Of a DNA stretch of 64,000 bases, positions 60,972-64,000 are shown one piece after another (position 1 is the first letter of the stretch; the number at the start of each line of letters is the position of its first letter). The DNA comes from Candidatus Methylomirabilota bacterium (GTDB lineage: Bacteria; Methylomirabilota; Methylomirabilia; Rokubacteriales; DASRDR01). A model generated the notes under the pieces. That model made no database searches. It saw only the letters and a list, made by a program, of their open reading frames with translations, and was not told the DNA's origin. Where the stretch lies: NCBI GenBank assembly GCA_035550795.1, contig DASZOL010000017.1:5113-69112 (forward strand). Direction: 5' to 3'. The translations under genes were made by a program, and so were the position numbers.

Positions 60972-62606
60972 CTACGGTCGCTGTGGAGGCGGACCCGCAC
61001 CGGTGCTCCCCGGGGGCGGGCCTTCGGCCGAGGGAGGTGGCGACGCGGGCGGCACCTCGAGCCTCATGCGCTCGAGGTGGTGCAGTCCTCCAGGATCCAG
61101 GCGCATGCCGCGGACCTCGGGCCGCGCCACCATCCACTGGAGCCGGACGTAGAGCGGGACGTACGGCACCTCTTCCCCGAGCAGGCCCTGGAGCCGCTGG
61201 TAGAGCCGGAACCGCTCGGGCCGGAATCCGAGCTGACTCGCGCGCGCAAGCATGCCGTCGACGAGCGGGCTCCGGAAGAAGGCGACGTTGGTCGCGCCGC
61301 CGGGCGTGGCCGCCTCGGTGGCGAGGAGGCGGCGGAAAAAGACGTCCGGGTCGTTGACCTCAAGCGCTTCCTCGCGAAGGGTCAGCTCCGCCGTGCCCTG
61401 ACGCGCGGCGCTCTCGACCGTGTCCGGGGCTTCCAGCCGGACCTTCACCCGGAAGCCGACCGCCTCCAGCGACAGGCGGACGGCCTCGGCGATGCTCCCG
61501 GCCTCAGGCCCCGAGACGCGCTCGGAGGCCAGCAGCGTCAGCGTCGGGTCGATCGGCGCGACCTGAGCGAGCAGCCGTCGCGCCCGGGGGAGATCGAAGA
61601 GGAGGGCCCCCGCGTCCCGCGCCGCCCACGCGCCGGGCGGCAGCCAGCCAGCGTGCGGCGCCGCCCACTGGCCGAGGGCCGGCCGCATGAGGCCGGGATC
61701 GAGCCCCAGCGCCACCGCCTGTCGCAGCGCCTTGCGGCTGGTGAGTCCTTGGTCGGTCCGGAGGGCCATCAGGCCGAGCCGCCAGGTCGGGGCGGACGCC
61801 ACCTGCAGGCCCAGCGCGGCCCACGCCGGGGGGGCCGAGACCAGCGCCGCATGGAGAGGGCCGCCGGGCCCCAATCCCGCGAACGCGGCCGCGTCGTCGG
61901 GGACCGCATGGAGCGTCAGCCGCGCGCTCTGAGGGGCTTCCCCTCGCCACGCCGGCGCCGCCTCGAGCACGAGGCGATCGGGGGTCAGCTCGACGGCCCG
62001 GTAGGGCCCGGTTCCGATGCGGGGACCGCCCGCGCGCGCGACGGCGACCCCGAGGGCCGGATGAGCGAGGAGGGCGAGCACCGGGGAGTACGGCTGCCCG
62101 AGGACCACCTGGACCGAGGCGCCTTCGCCCCGGCGTACCTCCCGGACGACGCGGCCCGCACCACGGAACGGGCGAGCCCAGGGCGGCGCCCCCTCCGCTG
62201 CCTCGTCGAGCGAGATGCGCTCGCCGAGGGCCGCGACGATCTCGTCGGGCCCGAGCGACGTGCCATCGTGAAGCAGGATGTCCGGGCGAAGCCGGAACGT
62301 CCAGACGAGCCCGTCGCGGGATACCGCCCAGCTCGACGCCAGTGCGGGCTCGATGTCGCCTCGCTCCCCGAACGCGACGAGGCCCTCGTAGAGCAGCCGC
62401 ATCGCCATGAGTTGAGGCGGGGTCGACGCCTCGGCGGGATCCAGGCTCGCGGGAACCCGGGACACGCCCACGTGGAGCTCAGCGGTCGGTGCCGGAGTGG
62501 CGAGACGCGTGACAAACAGCGCCGCGAGGATGACAAACGCGGCAAGCGACGCCGGGCGCCACGCCTGCTGGGGCTGTCGGTGACCTCGAGCGGCCGCGCG
62601 GCGCAT
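60972..62606 (-). CDS. ABC transporter substrate-binding protein, family 5 (peptide/nickel/opine type)
   Basis: ORF track 544 aa. Signal/anchor LAAFVILAALFV, and SBP_bac_5-like blocks (LDPA, LLYEGLV, W.FRLRP.I..HDG). No cognate permease/ATPase genes are adjacent. Confidence 0.8.
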   Translation of the reverse strand: MRRAAARGHRQPQQAWRPASLAAFVILAALFVTRLATPAPTAELHVGVSRVPASLDPAEASTPPQLMAMRLLYEGLVAFGERGDIEPALASSWAVSRDGLVWTFRLRPDILLHDGTSLGPDEIVAALGERISLDEAAEGAPPWARPFRGAGRVVREVRRGEGASVQVVLGQPYSPVLALLAHPALGVAVARAGGPRIGTGPYRAVELTPDRLVLEAAPAWRGEAPQSARLTLHAVPDDAAAFAGLGPGGPLHAALVSAPPAWAALGLQVASAPTWRLGLMALRTDQGLTSRKALRQAVALGLDPGLMRPALGQWAAPHAGWLPPGAWAARDAGALLFDLPRARRLLAQVAPIDPTLTLLASERVSGPEAGSIAEAVRLSLEAVGFRVKVRLEAPDTVESAARQGTAELTLREEALEVNDPDVFFRRLLATEAATPGGATNVAFFRSPLVDGMLARASQLGFRPERFRLYQRLQGLLGEEVPYVPLYVRLQWMVARPEVRGMRLDPGGLHHLERMRLEVPPASPPPSAEGPPPGSTGAGPPPQRP

Positions 62607-62695
62607 AGGCGTCCATTATAGAGACCTCGATGGAGACCTCCCACCCCGCGGTTCGGCGCGTCGCCCAGCCCGCCGGCGGCCAACCTGCGAGCGCC

Positions 62696-62711
62696 TGGCA
62701 CTGACGTTGCA
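62696..62711 (+). promoter_or_regulatory. sigma54 (-24/-12) promoter motif upstream of mpa
   Basis: TGGCAC (62696-62701), N5 (tgacg), TTGCA (62707-62711). This is a full match to the TGGCAC-N5-TTGCW consensus on the mpa strand, ~190 nt upstream of the ATG. Confidence 0.45.
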
Positions 62712-62783
62712 CAATTCTCGGCTCAGGAGTGACACGGGGACGACAAGAACGCGTCACCAGACGTGTCCGGATGCCGCCACAAC

Positions 62784-62813
62784 TTGACTTTTTTTTCCGG
62801 CGCCGCCTATAGT
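62784..62813 (+). promoter_or_regulatory. sigma70-type promoter motif upstream of mpa
   Basis: TTGACT (62784-62789), an 18-nt spacer beginning with a T-run, TATAGT (62808-62813). It lies ~87 nt upstream of the mpa ATG, in an otherwise GC-rich region. Confidence 0.5.
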
Positions 62814-62899
62814 TGCTCAAGCTAACGGGGGCGGCTCGCCCACGTGGGGCCCGGCCGACGCGGCGCGGTCGCGGTGCTCGCCGAGAAGGACGGGAGGCC

Positions 62900-64000
62900 A
62901 TGAAAGAGTTCGAGAAGAAGGCGAATCCTCCCCGGGAACCCGAGGGCGTCAAGGGGCTGTCGAAGTTCCTGCCAATGAGTGAATCCGCCTACCGGCGCCG
63001 CCTGACGGAGTACGAGATCCAGATCCAGGACCTCCAGGCCCACGCCCGGGCCATGGAGACCGAGGTCGTGCACCTGCGGCGGAAGATCGAGGAGGTCCCG
63101 AAGGACCTCGTCGTCCTGGAGAACAAGCTCCGGGAGGCAAACCGCCAGCTGGTCCAGGCCTTCAACCAGAACGAGAAGCTGGTCAACACGCTGTACGAAG
63201 CGCGCGAGCAGATCTCCTCCCTGAAGGAAGAGGTCGACAAGCTCTGCGCGCCGCCTTCCAGCTATGGCGTCTTCCTGTCCCTGAACGACGACGGGACCGT
63301 GAACATCCTGTCCAGCGGGCGCAAGGTCAAGGTCAACCTCCACCCGTCGATCGGGAAGGAGTCGATCAAGCCCGGCCAGGAGCTCGTCCTTAACGAGGGT
63401 CTCAACGTCATCGAGACGGCGGGCTACGAGATCCAGGGCGAAGTCGTGATCATGAAGGAAGCCCTCGACGAGGCGCGCGCGGTGGTGACCGTCCGCGCGG
63501 ACGAGGAGAAGGTCGCGGTCATCGCCGATCCGCTCCGTCCGGTCAAGCTGAAGGTCGGCGACCACATCCTCATGGACTCGAAGTCGGGGTACCTCCTGGA
63601 GAAGCTCCCGAAGAGCGAGGTCGAGGACCTGGCCCTCGAGGAGGTTCCGGACATCCAGTACGAGGACATCGGGGGACTGTCCAGTCAGATCGAGGCGATC
63701 CGGGACGCCGTGGAGCTCCCGTATCTCTATGCCGACTACTACCGCGAGCACAAGCTCGCGCCCCCCAAGGGCGTGCTCCTCTACGGGCCCCCTGGCTGCG
63801 GCAAGACGATGATCGCCAAGGCGGTGGCGAACAACCTCGCCGAGAAGGTCTCGGAGAAGCGCGGAGAGAAGATCAAGGGCTTCTTCATGAACATCAAGGG
63901 CCCGGAGCTTCTCAACAAGTACGTCGGCGAGACCGAGCGGAAGATCCGCGAGATCTTCGTCAAGGCGAAGGAGAAGGCCGCCGAGGACGTGCCCGTCGTC
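62900..64000 (+). CDS. mpa: proteasome-associated AAA ATPase Mpa/ARC, N-terminal 367 codons (continues past the right edge)
   Basis: Hand translation from ATG 62900 (GGGAGG SD 3 nt upstream, counted from the end of the SD), open to 64000. Coiled coil (EYEIQIQDLQAHARAMETEVVHLRRKIEE...), OB domains (PPSSYGVFLSLNDDGTVNILSSGRKVKVNL). EVEDLALEEVPDIQYEDIGGLSSQIEAIRDAVELPY, PPKGVLLYGPPGCGKTMIAKAVANNLA and NIKGPELLNKYVGETER are near-identical by eye to the mycobacterial Mpa blocks. The track shows only a spurious antisense ORF (62822..63751) here. Confidence 0.9.
   Translation, partial: MKEFEKKANPPREPEGVKGLSKFLPMSESAYRRRLTEYEIQIQDLQAHARAMETEVVHLRRKIEEVPKDLVVLENKLREANRQLVQAFNQNEKLVNTLYEAREQISSLKEEVDKLCAPPSSYGVFLSLNDDGTVNILSSGRKVKVNLHPSIGKESIKPGQELVLNEGLNVIETAGYEIQGEVVIMKEALDEARAVVTVRADEEKVAVIADPLRPVKLKVGDHILMDSKSGYLLEKLPKSEVEDLALEEVPDIQYEDIGGLSSQIEAIRDAVELPYLYADYYREHKLAPPKGVLLYGPPGCGKTMIAKAVANNLAEKVSEKRGEKIKGFFMNIKGPELLNKYVGETERKIREIFVKAKEKAAEDVPVV

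Noticed and set aside
62850-62899. A Pup-like small ORF or other micro-gene between the promoter motifs and mpa.
   Set aside because: The only ATG-initiated frame nearby (ATG at 62770, MPPQLDFFFRRRL, ending TAG at 62811) has no SD and runs through the sigma70-like promoter motif. It is most simply untranslated leader.
62822-63751. 309-aa minus-strand ORF, the only track entry covering the last kilobase.
   Set aside because: It is the antisense shadow of the plus-strand mpa gene. The track omits mpa because it has no stop inside the window. The plus frame carries unmistakable Mpa/AAA motifs.
1-64000. Search for mobile elements, prophage, integrases, toxin-antitoxin pairs, restriction-modification or known defence systems, CRISPR arrays, tRNA/rRNA/tmRNA.
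   Set aside because: No transposase, integrase or recombinase motifs. No terminal inverted repeats or long direct repeats were noticed. No tRNA-like T-arm (GGTTCGAATCC-type) sequences in the intergenic gaps. The only defence-flavoured hints (an AbiEi-like C-domain, DUF429) lack their usual partners.

Overview
High-GC (roughly 70% by eye, not computed) bacterial chromosomal segment. It is almost fully coding, with about 62 supportable CDS, and all but six lie on the minus strand (plus-strand exceptions: pepE, a Spy/CpxP-like gene, a HAD hydrolase, an MBL-rhodanese fusion, rpmB, mpa). I saw no rRNA, tRNA, CRISPR array, transposase, integrase or phage gene. Many very long ORFs in the six-frame track are antisense or out-of-frame artefacts of the GC content. 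The track also renders GTG/TTG starts as M, so several starts were re-placed by hand. LEFT (1-19 kb): partial PLP enzyme, small envelope proteins, pepE, a UvrD-type helicase fused to an Fe-S PD-(D/E)XK nuclease, livKHMGF, ilvE, a PfkB kinase, a 2-hydroxyacid dehydrogenase, thiolase, and a ~1090-aa multi-GAF hybrid histidine kinase. MIDDLE (19-41 kb): first, a sulfur block made of a persulfide-dioxygenase/rhodanese fusion and a ThiS-like carrier + TtuA + MBL hydrolase. Second, a ~12-kb same-strand, tightly packed aromatic-CoA operon. It joins 4-hydroxybenzoyl-CoA reductase genes (hcrCAB, classically anaerobic) to boxC/boxB (O2-dependent benzoyl-CoA epoxide pathway). A nitroreductase-family gene sits between hcrB and boxC and no boxA is present. 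The operon continues with an XRE-cupin regulator, a PhzF-family protein, a PaaK-type CoA ligase and a 2-hydroxyacid dehydrogenase. Third, a CBS protein and a CoA-transferase/DUF429/PEP-mutase-family/quinone-oxidoreductase operon. RIGHT (41-64 kb): housekeeping genes (aminotransferase, coaD, rsmD, recG, rpmB, rel, secDF, yajC, tgt, queA, ruvABC, yebC). At the 3' edge lie the first 367 codons of the proteasome ATPase mpa/arc, preceded by a sigma54-type and a sigma70-type promoter motif. Most worth a second look: (1) the hcr-box hybrid operon lacking boxA; (2) two tandem, independently SD-driven micro-ORFs encoding MAKKKAAKKKK-type peptides next to rpmB; (3) the adjacent uncharacterised wHTH protein with a triple operator-like motif; (4) a ThiS-like sulfur carrier ending GG-RP coupled to ttuA; (5) the dual promoter motifs upstream of mpa; (6) unannotated small ORFs (27-aa Cys-rich, 19-aa). 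All homology statements come from motif recognition by eye; no database search was run.
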